Positions 30,406 to 39,803 of a stretch of 64,000 nucleotides of DNA are shown piece by piece (positions within the stretch are counted from its first letter, which is position 1; each line of letters starts with the position of its first letter). The stretch lies in the NCBI GenBank assembly GCA_963798485.1, contig CAWCTR010000021.1:1-64000 (forward strand), written 5' to 3'. The notes beneath the pieces were generated by a model. The model was not told the origin of the DNA. It worked only from the letters and a program-made list of their open reading frames with translations, and did not search any database. The translations under genes and the position numbers were made by a program. The stretch is from an uncultured delta proteobacterium. Lineage in GTDB: Bacteria > Desulfobacterota > Desulfomonilia > UBA1062.

Positions 30406-31428
30406 ATGAAAAAACCCATTCTTACAATAGGGTGCGTCTTTTTTCTCTTGGCTGGCCTGAGCATGACCTGCCTTGCAGAGGAAAAGAAGATCAAGATCGA
30501 GGTTGTGCAGGTAACGAATATCGAGCCGTATCAGAAGTCATACCAGGGTTTTGTCAGAGAGCTCGCAAGGAATGGCATTGTTCAGGGCAAAAACCTTGAG
30601 ATCAGGCGAAAGATTATCGGGTTCGACATGGAAAAGGCTACCATGTGGAGCAAGATCGGTGTGCTCATGCAGCTCAAGAGCGAGGCGATGAGGATCGCTG
30701 ATATTAAGCCCGACCTTGTCCTGACCATCGGGACTCCTTCTACCAAATATACAAAAGACAAGATCATCGCAGCCGGCGTCCCTCTTGTTTTCACAGCCGT
30801 GGCCATCCCCACTGCAGCGGGATGTAAGTCTATGACCCAGGCAGGGCCGGGTTTCACCGGGGCCACACTCTATATGAGCATGAAGGATGCCCTCAAGATC
30901 GTAAAGCTGGCTTTTCCCAAGCTCAAGACAATAGGCATCGTCACTAGTGATGACGAGAACGGCATCGCACACATGGAAGAGGCAAAGAAGGTTGCTGCGT
31001 CGACCGGCATGACGGTTCTCTCCAAACAGGTCAACAATAAGAACGACAAGATCACCCCGCTGCTTGTCGATCTCCAGAAGCAGGGTGTTGAGGCCTTTGC
31101 CGTGCCGCTGGACACCTATTACGGCATGAGGAACTACGAGGCATGCCATGATATGGGAAAGTTTTCTAAAGAGACCAAGATCCCGGTTTTCAGTTTTGCA
31201 CTCATGAAAGTCCCTGGTGCAATCCTCTATGTCGGGTCTGATTTCGGTGAGATCGGGACGTTATCCGGCCAACAGGCTTCAAAGATCCTCAAGGGTGAAG
31301 CAAGGCCGGAAAACCTGCCCATACTCAAGCAGGAAGACCTCAGGATACTGGTGGATACGAAACAGATGAAGGCCCTGAACTGGCAACTTCCCATGGAGAT
31401 CCTCCAGATCGCACAGGGGGTTGATTGA
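30406..31428 (+). CDS. ABC transporter substrate-binding protein (no permease nearby)
   Basis: Signal peptide, PDLVLTIGT, PLVFTAV, G.QASKILKG...P.NLPI; GGAGG RBS. Confidence 0.8.
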   Translation: MKKPILTIGCVFFLLAGLSMTCLAEEKKIKIEVVQVTNIEPYQKSYQGFVRELARNGIVQGKNLEIRRKIIGFDMEKATMWSKIGVLMQLKSEAMRIADIKPDLVLTIGTPSTKYTKDKIIAAGVPLVFTAVAIPTAAGCKSMTQAGPGFTGATLYMSMKDALKIVKLAFPKLKTIGIVTSDDENGIAHMEEAKKVAASTGMTVLSKQVNNKNDKITPLLVDLQKQGVEAFAVPLDTYYGMRNYEACHDMGKFSKETKIPVFSFALMKVPGAILYVGSDFGEIGTLSGQQASKILKGEARPENLPILKQEDLRILVDTKQMKALNWQLPMEILQIAQGVD

Positions 31429-31631
31429 CCTCTCAAAAGTATCTGAACGAGTGGTTCGTTAAACGAACTTCATGAAGCCTTTTTGCAGCCGAGGCGAAAA
31501 TAGATGTGCAATGGCTTCATCACTACGTAAATGCCTGCAAATGCCCGGGGATAAATGACTTGACATTGTTTCGGCAACTAATATAAGTGTGGCAACCTGG
31601 AAAAGCAAATCATAAGGGGGAATATATACAC

Positions 31632-31877
31632 ATGGCAGTCAGCATCAGATTGACCCGAGGAGGCGCCGCCAAGAAGCCGTTTTTCCGTGTAGTCGTTACC
31701 GACTCGCGCAACAAGCGTGATGGAAGGTTTATTGAAATCGTCGGATATTTCGACCCCAAGTTCAGACCTGAAAGTATCAATCTGAAGATGGACCGGATTA
31801 AGGAATGGGTTAATAACGGCGGACAGGTCTCTCCGGCTGTGAGAAAGCTCATTAAGCAAAAAGGGTATTCACTCTGA
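31632..31877 (+). CDS. rpsP: 30S ribosomal protein S16
   Basis: MAVSIRLTRGG.AKKPFFRVVV.DSR..RDGRFIE.VGY.DP. Confidence 0.96.
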   Translation: MAVSIRLTRGGAAKKPFFRVVVTDSRNKRDGRFIEIVGYFDPKFRPESINLKMDRIKEWVNNGGQVSPAVRKLIKQKGYSL

Positions 31878-31909
31878 TCCGAGACTAAATACGTTGATGT
31901 GAGGGTACC

Positions 31910-32140
31910 GTGAGAGAGCTTATTGAGTACATCGCGAAGGCGTTGGTGGATAATCCGGATGAGGTGAAGGTCTTCGAAGTTGAAGGAGAGGTGACCTCTG
32001 TGATCGAGTTGAGGGTTGCGAAATCGGATTTAGGCAAGGTAATCGGCAAGGAAGGCCGTACGGCACGCGCAATGCGGACACTGCTCACTGCGGCATCTAC
32101 AAAGCTGAAAAAGAGGGCTATGCTGGAAATAATTGAATAA
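31910..32140 (+). CDS. khpA: KH-domain RNA-binding protein
   Basis: Motifs [24 protein letters not shown]; conserved gene context. Confidence 0.93.
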   Translation: MRELIEYIAKALVDNPDEVKVFEVEGEVTSVIELRVAKSDLGKVIGKEGRTARAMRTLLTAASTKLKKRAMLEIIE

Positions 32141-32145
32141 GTGCA

Positions 32146-32649
32146 ATGACGGATCTTATCGAGATCGCACGGATCAGCGGTCCTCATGGCCTGAAAGGTA
32201 AAATTAGAATAATCCCTTATGGTGATTCATTTAAGAGGTTTCTCAGATATACCCACCTGATAATAGGCGAAAACGGGTCACCCCTTGAAATCCTCAGCGC
32301 ACAAAACCGGCGAAGCTTTTATATTATCGAACTCGCAGGCTTAACCCACATCTCCCAGGTGGAGCCTCTCAAAGGTGAGACACTTTATATAAAAAGAGAG
32401 CAGCTCGAAGAGCCTGCGGAAGATGAATATTACTGGCGTGACCTTTTTGGCCTCAAGGTCATAGATACGCAAGGGGCAGTTCTTGGAGAAATTGTGGACA
32501 TCTTCTCCACCGGGAGCAACGATGTGTATGTGGTAGACAAGTCAAAACAATATTTCATCCCTGCCACCAAAGACGTCATCAAGGAGATATCACTCGAAAA
32601 GGGCTGCATTACCATTGATGCATCACTCTTGGAAGGTCTCCTTGATTAA
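32146..32649 (+). CDS. rimM: 16S rRNA processing protein
   Basis: Motifs PHGLKG, EDEYYW.DL.G, TGSNDV, IPA. Confidence 0.93.
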   Translation: MTDLIEIARISGPHGLKGKIRIIPYGDSFKRFLRYTHLIIGENGSPLEILSAQNRRSFYIIELAGLTHISQVEPLKGETLYIKREQLEEPAEDEYYWRDLFGLKVIDTQGAVLGEIVDIFSTGSNDVYVVDKSKQYFIPATKDVIKEISLEKGCITIDASLLEGLLD

Positions 32650-32661
32650 AGACCTTAATAT

Positions 32662-33378
32662 ATGAACATCAACATTATCACCCTTTTCCCTGACATGTTT
32701 TCAGGCGTCTTCAATGAAAGCATGATTTCCAGGGCCATAGGAAAAGAACTCATCACAATCCACATAGTTCAATTGAGAGATTACGGCCTTGGTCCTCACC
32801 TGATAGTGGATGATACACCTTATGGCGGTGGTGGGGGCATGATCCTGAAGCCCGAACCCATCACCGCGGCCCTTGAGGGCCTTGAAGAACGAGGGAGGGT
32901 AATCCTTACCACGCCAAGGGGGTGGTTGTTCTCACAGGAAGATGCCTTAAGGCTGAGCAGAGAGCAAACAATAACGATTATCTGTGGTCATTATGAGGGC
33001 GTTGATGAACGGGTATCAGGGCTTTTTGTAGACGAAGAACTCTCCATAGGCGATTATGTCCTCACCGGAGGAGAGATACCCGCCATGGTCATGACGGACG
33101 CCATTGTCAGGCTCATACCCGGTGTTCTCGGCCAGGATACCCTTCATACAGGAGACTCCCACTACCAAGGCATACTGGAGCACCCGCACTATACGAAACC
33201 AAGGGAATTCAGGGGTCTTGAGGTCCCTGATGTGCTTCTTTCCGGGAACCATGAAGAGATCAGGTTATGGCGTGAGAAGAAGGCCCTTGAAAAGACCCGT
33301 GAAGTCAGGCCCGATCTCATGAGAAAAACATCGCCTGCACAGGGCTCCATTCCAGGGAAAACCAAGGGACAGCCTTAA
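32662..33378 (+). CDS. trmD: tRNA (guanine-N1)-methyltransferase
   Basis: Motifs VDDTPYGGGGGM, CGHYEGVDER, SIGDYVLTGGE, VPDVLLSGNH. Confidence 0.97.
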   Translation: MNINIITLFPDMFSGVFNESMISRAIGKELITIHIVQLRDYGLGPHLIVDDTPYGGGGGMILKPEPITAALEGLEERGRVILTTPRGWLFSQEDALRLSREQTITIICGHYEGVDERVSGLFVDEELSIGDYVLTGGEIPAMVMTDAIVRLIPGVLGQDTLHTGDSHYQGILEHPHYTKPREFRGLEVPDVLLSGNHEEIRLWREKKALEKTREVRPDLMRKTSPAQGSIPGKTKGQP

Positions 33379-33390
33379 AGGGCTTTATCT

Positions 33391-33912
33391 ATGCTCAGTA
33401 TCGGATTACTTCACTGGCCGTGCCTTGACAAGAATGGTCAAGAGATAGCTTCGGCAATCACCAATCTTGATTTACACGATTGTGCAAGAGTATGCTTGAC
33501 ATACGGCATCAATACGCTCTATATCGTTCACCCAAACCAGGGCCAACTGGATTTTGCTCAGAAGATCATTGACCACTGGCTTAAAGGTTTTGGTGGGCAG
33601 TATAATCCCTTAAGAAAAAGAGCATTAGGGATTATCCGGCTCGTTCGTGATATAGATGAGATAAAGCGGCAGACAGGTGCGTTTTTGGTAGGTACATCAG
33701 CCGCCTGGATAGAAGGATGCATATCCTGGGATGAGGCCCGAAGGCGTGCCTGTTCACAAGATATGTGCCTGTTGTTTGGTACAGGGTGGGGGATATCACC
33801 GCGTCTATTGAACACATTTGACGCCGTGATCGAACCTATTGCGGGAAGGGGAGACTATAATCATCTTTCCGTACGTTCTGCCGTCTCAATAGCAATAGAC
33901 AGGATCGCGTAG
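33391..33912 (+). CDS. SPOUT-family RNA methyltransferase (trmD-associated)
   Basis: Motifs SAITNLDLHD.AR, FGTGWG, YNHLSVRSA. Confidence 0.88.
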   Translation: MLSIGLLHWPCLDKNGQEIASAITNLDLHDCARVCLTYGINTLYIVHPNQGQLDFAQKIIDHWLKGFGGQYNPLRKRALGIIRLVRDIDEIKRQTGAFLVGTSAAWIEGCISWDEARRRACSQDMCLLFGTGWGISPRLLNTFDAVIEPIAGRGDYNHLSVRSAVSIAIDRIA

Positions 33913-33922
33913 GAGGTAGCAA

Positions 33923-34267
33923 ATGAACATCATAGATGAATTTGAAAAGACACAGATGAAGGAAGAACTTCCCGAGATACGCATAGGAGACAAGGTCCGT
34001 GTATCCATGAAGATCGTGGAAGGAACACGTCAGCGCACACAGTTATTCGAAGGTGTTGTTGTCGCACGTCACAGAGGGAACAATCGGGCATCCATTACCG
34101 TGCGCAAACAGTCCTACTCCGTTGGCGTTGAAAGGGTATTTCCGCTTCATGCACCGAGTGTCGAGAAGATCGAAATAGTAGGGCATTCAAAAGTGAGGCG
34201 TGCGAAACTATACTACATGAGAGAATTAAGAGGGAAGGCGGCACGGCTCAAGGAGATCCGCATCTAG
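33923..34267 (+). CDS. rplS: 50S ribosomal protein L19
   Basis: Motifs GDKVRV, Q.FEGVV, GVERVFP, KVRRAKLYY.R. Confidence 0.97.
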   Translation: MNIIDEFEKTQMKEELPEIRIGDKVRVSMKIVEGTRQRTQLFEGVVVARHRGNNRASITVRKQSYSVGVERVFPLHAPSVEKIEIVGHSKVRRAKLYYMRELRGKAARLKEIRI

Positions 34268-34268
34268 C

Positions 34269-34859
34269 ATGCCCTTGGAAGAAGATCTCATTGCACAGGG
34301 TATATGGCCTTTGTGCGGTGTGGATGAGGCCGGCAGGGGCCCTCTGGCGGGCCCTGTCGTTGCTGCTGCGGTTATCATGGATCCTAAGTCCCCTTTACGG
34401 TCTCTAGTAAGGGATTCAAAACGTCTTTCAGAAACGCAAAGAGAAAAGATCTTTGGGATGCTCATATCCTCAGATAAGGTTTACATCGGCGTTTCCATGA
34501 TAGATGCTGCAACCATTGATGAAATCAATATCCTTAAGTCAACCTTGATGGCCATGGGTGAGGCTGTCAGTAAACTAGCCATCTCTCCTGCATGCGCCCT
34601 GGTGGATGGGAATGTGCCACCGCTCCTTGATTGCAGGTGTATCACCGTGGTCAAGGGTGATGCATCGGAGCCATCAATATCAGCTGCAAGCATCGTGGCA
34701 AAAGTAACCCGGGATAGATACATGGGAAAGCTGGATGAGCTGTATCCGGGCTACGGGTTCTCCGTGCATAAGGGGTATCCTACCAAGGCCCATATGGAGG
34801 CCATCTATAGACTTGGCCCAAGTCAGATCCACAGGAGATCCTTTAGAGGTGTGTCCTAG
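34269..34859 (+). CDS. rnhB: Ribonuclease HII
   Basis: Motifs GVDEAGRGPLAGPV, DSK.L, KGD, AASIVAKVTRD, HKGYPT, HRRSF. Confidence 0.96.
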   Translation: MPLEEDLIAQGIWPLCGVDEAGRGPLAGPVVAAAVIMDPKSPLRSLVRDSKRLSETQREKIFGMLISSDKVYIGVSMIDAATIDEINILKSTLMAMGEAVSKLAISPACALVDGNVPPLLDCRCITVVKGDASEPSISAASIVAKVTRDRYMGKLDELYPGYGFSVHKGYPTKAHMEAIYRLGPSQIHRRSFRGVS

Positions 34860-35226
34860 ATCGTCCCGAGAAAAAGGCGCTATCGGCGAAGAGATAGCCA
34901 GAAGATATTTAAAGCATGAGGGGTTCACAATCCTCAATGCCAACTTTCATGCATGTTCCGGTGAGATCGATATCATTGCAAAAGAAGACAAGATGATCGT
35001 CTTCGTTGAAGTGAAGTCAACAACAAAGGACACTCAGTTCGGAGACCCCCTCCAATGGATCCCGGTATGGAAGCAGCAAAGGATCATAAGGGCCTCCCTT
35101 GCTTATTTGAAGACAAAAGGTATGATAGAATCACCGATGCGTTTTGATGTGATCACTATTGATCAGAACAAGAAGGTATTCCATGTCAGGGATGCATTCA
35201 GGGCCACAAGTCCGTTTTCTGTGTGA
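34849..35226 (+). CDS. yraN: YraN-family protein (PD-(D/E)xK nuclease fold)
   Basis: Motifs G..GE..A, GEIDIIA, VFVEVK, RFDV. Start uncertain; GTG at 34849 chosen. Confidence 0.85.
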   Translation: MCPRSSREKGAIGEEIARRYLKHEGFTILNANFHACSGEIDIIAKEDKMIVFVEVKSTTKDTQFGDPLQWIPVWKQQRIIRASLAYLKTKGMIESPMRFDVITIDQNKKVFHVRDAFRATSPFSV

Positions 35227-35653
35227 TCAGAACCTGGGTAGACTCGCCAAATGGCTAAGGATACTCGGCTTTGATGCAGAATATATGTCCCACTGGGACG
35301 AAGATTTCATGAAGCAGGCTATACAAAGCGGCAGAATCGTACTGACAAGAAGAGGGGCTTTATCAGAGAAAAAAGGCATGATGTTTATCTCACATGACCA
35401 TGTCCAAGACCAGCTTCAGGAACTTATGGACGTTCTAGATCTCAAGGACATGAAAGAACCGTTTACCCGGTGCAGTCTCTGCAATGTAAGCCTGGAAAAT
35501 ACAACTCGCGATGAGGTCAAAGGGCTTATCCCTGATTATGTGTACAATTTGCATGATATCTTCGCCATATGCCCCTCATGCGGCCGGGTATATTGGAAAG
35601 GCACCCATATTCACCGTATGTATGGTATGATCCATTTCACCCGGAAGGATTAG
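35183..35653 (+). CDS. Mut7-C RNase domain protein
   Basis: Motifs RFLCD.NLGRLAKWLR.LGFD, TRC..CN, CP.CGRVYWKGTH. Start approximate. Confidence 0.88.
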   Translation: MSGMHSGPQVRFLCDQNLGRLAKWLRILGFDAEYMSHWDEDFMKQAIQSGRIVLTRRGALSEKKGMMFISHDHVQDQLQELMDVLDLKDMKEPFTRCSLCNVSLENTTRDEVKGLIPDYVYNLHDIFAICPSCGRVYWKGTHIHRMYGMIHFTRKD

Positions 35654-35656
35654 AAC

Positions 35657-36691
35657 ATGACCAGACAAGAGTTGGAAGAAAAACTGCTCATTCTCCTCAA
35701 GGGGAAACGCAAGGTGCTCATTGCCACCCACGAGAACCCCGATCCCGACAGTATTGCCGCTGCCTTCGGACTTAAACACCTTTTTCGGAAGGTCGCAGGC
35801 ATCACAAGCGTCATAGCGTACAGCGGGATTATCGGCAGGGCTGAAAACCGCGCCATGGTGAAGATTTTAGGTATAGACCTGGTTCCCCTGAATACTATCT
35901 CTACAAGGAACTTTTCAGTAATCGCCGTTGTGGACTGCCAGCCTAATACCGGCAACCTCAAGTTGCCTAAAGGGGTATTCCCCGGCATCATCATCGATCA
36001 CCATCCTTTACGAAAGACTTCACTTAAAGCCGATTACCTGGATATCCCTAAGGATGTAGGCAGCACATCCACCATTGTCACCCAGTACCTGCGTTCAAGT
36101 GGCGTCGAGGTGGACAGAAGGGTTGCCACAGCACTCTACTACGGGATCAAATCCGACACACGCGATCTGGGCAGACAATCCACCGATGCGGACATCCGAG
36201 CATCGATCCATCTCTTTCCCCACATACTTCAGAAAAAGCTCTCCCGTATCGAACATCCGGATAAACCTAGACAGTACTTTGAAGAACTCAATTCAGTCCT
36301 GAACAGCGCAAGGATATTCGGGGATGCCATCATAGCCAGGCTCGACGTCATCAGTTGGCCCGAGATGATAGGGGAATTTGCCGACGAACTGATCCAGTTG
36401 GAAGGCATACGATGGTGCATGTGCTACGGCAGGCATAACGGTTCTGTCCTCTTCTCGATCCGGGCCAAGAGGACGAACTATATGGCCGGGGTTCTTGCAC
36501 ACAAAATTGTCCTGGGCATCGGTAAGGGTGGAGGCCATGAGACCTTTTCCGCAGGCAAGATCGATGTCGCGCAAGCCCTCAAGAAAGTGAAGGACCCTGA
36601 AGAAATCCTGGTCAAGCGATTTCTCAAAGAGGTGAATCCCAAAGGGGTCGATGCGTCGCCCCTGGTCAACTCGGAGAGGAAACCTGCGTAG
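35657..36691 (+). CDS. DHH-family phosphoesterase
   Basis: Motifs HENPDPD, VVD, IDHH, GI.SDT, GGGH. Confidence 0.9.
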   Translation: MTRQELEEKLLILLKGKRKVLIATHENPDPDSIAAAFGLKHLFRKVAGITSVIAYSGIIGRAENRAMVKILGIDLVPLNTISTRNFSVIAVVDCQPNTGNLKLPKGVFPGIIIDHHPLRKTSLKADYLDIPKDVGSTSTIVTQYLRSSGVEVDRRVATALYYGIKSDTRDLGRQSTDADIRASIHLFPHILQKKLSRIEHPDKPRQYFEELNSVLNSARIFGDAIIARLDVISWPEMIGEFADELIQLEGIRWCMCYGRHNGSVLFSIRAKRTNYMAGVLAHKIVLGIGKGGGHETFSAGKIDVAQALKKVKDPEEILVKRFLKEVNPKGVDASPLVNSERKPA

Positions 36692-36791
36692 AGAAAGGGC
36701 ATACCCGGGTATAACGATTTCCAGCAGGTTTCTTTTATTTTTTTAGATCCATGTTTCAGCGTGAATGGCAAATGCATGAAAAGGAGGCCCC

Positions 36792-38780
36792 ATGCCCAAA
36801 CGCGGCAGCATCCACCCCATGCTCTCCTCTTTACCGCCGTCCAGGATGAGGAAAGGTAAAATTGTTTCCGCCGAGGAGGCCATCCAGGTCATCCAGGATG
36901 GTGATACCATTGCAACAGGCGGGTTTGTCAGTATCGGGGTGCCTGAGGAGATCCTGCTGAAGATCGAGGAATACTTTCTGGCCACAGGCAGACCCAAAGA
37001 CCTCACTTTAGTGTATGCAGCAGGGCAGGGGGACGGAAAAGACAAAGGGCTCAACCACCTTGCCCATGAAGTGCTTGTAAGAAGGGTCATAGGCGGTCAT
37101 TGGGGGCTCGCCCCCAAACTTGGCAAATTGGCTATTGAAAACAAGATCGATGCCTACAACCTCCCCCAGGGCGTAATCTCTCATATGTTTCGAGACATCG
37201 CGGCCCATAAGCCACGCACCCTTACTAATGTGGGCATGTGGACCTACATCGACCCGCGTTTCGGCGGAGGAAAGATTAATGAGAGGACCACGGATGAGCT
37301 GGTGGAACTCGTGAGTTTTGATGGAAAGGAATACCTGGCCTACAAGACCTTTCCCATAAATGTAGCCATTCTCCGGGGCACCACTGCCGACACGGATGGG
37401 AATATCAGCATGGAGAAAGAGGCACTGACCATCGAGGCATTGGCCATAGCAATGGCTGCCAAGAACTCGGGAGGCTTCGTGATTGTCCAGGTGGAACGCA
37501 TTGCCGAGAGAGGGACGCTCGATGCCCGGCAGGTGAAGATCCCGGGCATTCTAGTGGACTGCGTAGTTGTATCGCGACCTGAAAACCATTTCATGACCTT
37601 TATCGAACGTTACAACCCTTCATACAGTTGCGAACTGAAGATCCCCGTGCAGTCTCTGCCTCCTATGGAGATGGGGGCGAGGAAAATAATAGCCCGAAGA
37701 GCCGCCCTTGAGCTTAAGGGCAACAGCATTATCAATCTCGGCATCGGTATGCCCGAGGGTGTATCAAAGGTTGCCAACGAAGAAAAGATCCTTGAGTATA
37801 TCACATTGACTGCCGAGCCCGGCACTATCGGCGGGATGCCGGCCGGCGGCCTGAGCTTCGGCGCTTCCACGAACCCGGATTGCGTCATTGACCAACCTTA
37901 CCAGTTCGACTTCTATGACGGCGGCGGGCTCGATTGCTGTTTCTTAGGGCTTGCCCAGGCAGACAGGGAAGGGAACACCAATGTGAGCAAGTTCGGCACC
38001 AGACTTGCAGGTTGCGGCGGTTTCATCAACATCAGCCAGAACGCCAGAAAGGTTGTCTTTGTAGGCACCTTCACCGCAGAAGGTCTCAAGGTATCCCTCA
38101 GAGACACAAGACTTATCATTGACCAGGAAGGAATTGAAAGGAAATTTCTGGAAAAGGTGGAACAGGTGACCTTCAGCGGACACTATGCCATCATGAAGGG
38201 ACAGCCTGTCTATTACATCACCGAACGGTGTGTGTTCTCGCTGACAAAAGAGGGCATGGAACTCATCGAGGTGGCACCGGGTATCGATATTGAAAAAGAT
38301 ATCTTTGGCTGCATGAATTTCGAACCCATCATGAAACATAAACCCCGCCTGATGGATGAAAGGATTTTTTCTCCGTTGCCCATGGGTCTGTTGAATGACC
38401 TCACAGAACTCTTACTTGAAGAGCGTCTGACTTATGATGCGGATGAGAACCTTTTCTTCGTCAATTTTGAAGGGCATAAGATCAGAAGCAGCAAAGACAT
38501 CCAGGCTATAGAGGAAATGGTCACCAGGATTTGTTCACCACTTGGGAAAAAGGTGTATACCATCGTCAATTACGACCATTTCGATATTATGCCTGAGCTT
38601 GTAGACGAGTACACCCACATGGTGAAAAGGGTGGTAAAGAAATACTATTCCGGGGTGACACGCTATACAACCAACACATTTTTACGGATGAAGCTAGGGG
38701 ATGCCCTTAAGAAGCGCAAATTGGCCCCTCATATCTATGAAACCAGGGAGGAGGCCAGAAAGGCGCTTGTGAGCGATTAA
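36792..38780 (+). CDS. Acyl-CoA:acetate / propionate CoA-transferase (YdiF/Pct type) with a C-terminal extension
   Basis: Motifs YNLPQG, NLGIGMPEG, AEPG (catalytic Glu), QFDFYDGGG, GGFINISQ, TERCVF. Confidence 0.9.
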   Translation: MPKRGSIHPMLSSLPPSRMRKGKIVSAEEAIQVIQDGDTIATGGFVSIGVPEEILLKIEEYFLATGRPKDLTLVYAAGQGDGKDKGLNHLAHEVLVRRVIGGHWGLAPKLGKLAIENKIDAYNLPQGVISHMFRDIAAHKPRTLTNVGMWTYIDPRFGGGKINERTTDELVELVSFDGKEYLAYKTFPINVAILRGTTADTDGNISMEKEALTIEALAIAMAAKNSGGFVIVQVERIAERGTLDARQVKIPGILVDCVVVSRPENHFMTFIERYNPSYSCELKIPVQSLPPMEMGARKIIARRAALELKGNSIINLGIGMPEGVSKVANEEKILEYITLTAEPGTIGGMPAGGLSFGASTNPDCVIDQPYQFDFYDGGGLDCCFLGLAQADREGNTNVSKFGTRLAGCGGFINISQNARKVVFVGTFTAEGLKVSLRDTRLIIDQEGIERKFLEKVEQVTFSGHYAIMKGQPVYYITERCVFSLTKEGMELIEVAPGIDIEKDIFGCMNFEPIMKHKPRLMDERIFSPLPMGLLNDLTELLLEERLTYDADENLFFVNFEGHKIRSSKDIQAIEEMVTRICSPLGKKVYTIVNYDHFDIMPELVDEYTHMVKRVVKKYYSGVTRYTTNTFLRMKLGDALKKRKLAPHIYETREEARKALVSD

Positions 38781-38805
38781 CGACTAGATGATGAAGGCGG
38801 ACTTA

Positions 38806-39642
38806 TTAAGAAAGCAGTTTCATCTCAATAAGAACATCGCGTATCGGAGCAAAAGAGAAATCTTGTAGCAATGCAGTGAATCTCTGAAAGGAAGAATCTA
38901 TTCCCACATAGGTTCTGAAACGGGAGCGAACATCCATACCCGCTACCCGTGGGGTATCCGGATTCAATTCCCAGGGATGAATGTAAAAAACAAAGCGATT
39001 AGTACTATGCATCAGGACCTTCAGGGCGATTTTCGTAAAAAAGTAGGGGAGCAAACGGAAATAACCACCACCTGATATTGGGATATTTATCGGTCCCAAC
39101 TTGAGTGTGGATAGAGGAAACTCCACAAGGGTGCTCCCTGGCAATCGGTAGGGAAACCGAGGGGCATTAGGCATGCCATAGTTATCATGGTAGATGGGAA
39201 AGATGCTTGAATCATACCTGAAGCCGAGATCTTCCAGGATGGGTAGAGCCCATAAGGTCTTGTGTGTGATGGAATAGGTGGGGGCACGATACCCTATGAC
39301 AGGCTCTCCTATTACATCCTCAAGTATATCCCTGGCCCTTGAGACGTCATCACGGAACACAACCTTATCTTGCTGGTAGATGACCTGGTGGGCAAACCCA
39401 TGACATGCAATCTCATGGCCCTGGCGGTGAATACGTCTTATGAGTCCGCGGTGATGCTCGGCGATCCAACCGAGGCAGAAAAAGGTAGTCTTGATGCGAA
39501 ACTCTTCAAACAGGTCTAGGATCCTCACCGTATTGTCTTCAATTGAAGAAGGGAAGTCAGGCCACATATCAGGTTGAATCAATCCTGACAGCGCGTGAAT
39601 CTGAAAATATTCTTCAAGATCTATGCTCAAGGCATTATTCAT
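38806..39642 (-). CDS. Polysaccharide deacetylase (DUF3473 / PEP-CTERM-associated type)
   Basis: Motifs SIDLEEYF, TFFCLGW, HEIACHG, GYRAP, YDSSIFP, GGGYFRL, YIHPWE. Confidence 0.9.
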   Translation of the reverse strand: MNNALSIDLEEYFQIHALSGLIQPDMWPDFPSSIEDNTVRILDLFEEFRIKTTFFCLGWIAEHHRGLIRRIHRQGHEIACHGFAHQVIYQQDKVVFRDDVSRARDILEDVIGEPVIGYRAPTYSITHKTLWALPILEDLGFRYDSSIFPIYHDNYGMPNAPRFPYRLPGSTLVEFPLSTLKLGPINIPISGGGYFRLLPYFFTKIALKVLMHSTNRFVFYIHPWELNPDTPRVAGMDVRSRFRTYVGIDSSFQRFTALLQDFSFAPIRDVLIEMKLLS

Positions 39643-39803
39643 CGCGGATACTATAGTCAATTTCAAAACCTCTGGCAACCATTCTCCCGGAAGGGATGCT
39701 ATTCAGGTAAATACTAGTTGATCTATGAAGAATAATATATAAACATCGACTCATACATCAAGAGAAGCTTGTGTGCACCTTGAGAAATCCAAAGGAGGAG
39801 ATC

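Noticed and set aside
31560-31587. Sigma70 promoter for the rpsP operon (TTGACA ... TATAAG)
   Set aside because: Plausible, but the spacing is 16 nt and the -10 box is imperfect; too weak to list as a feature.
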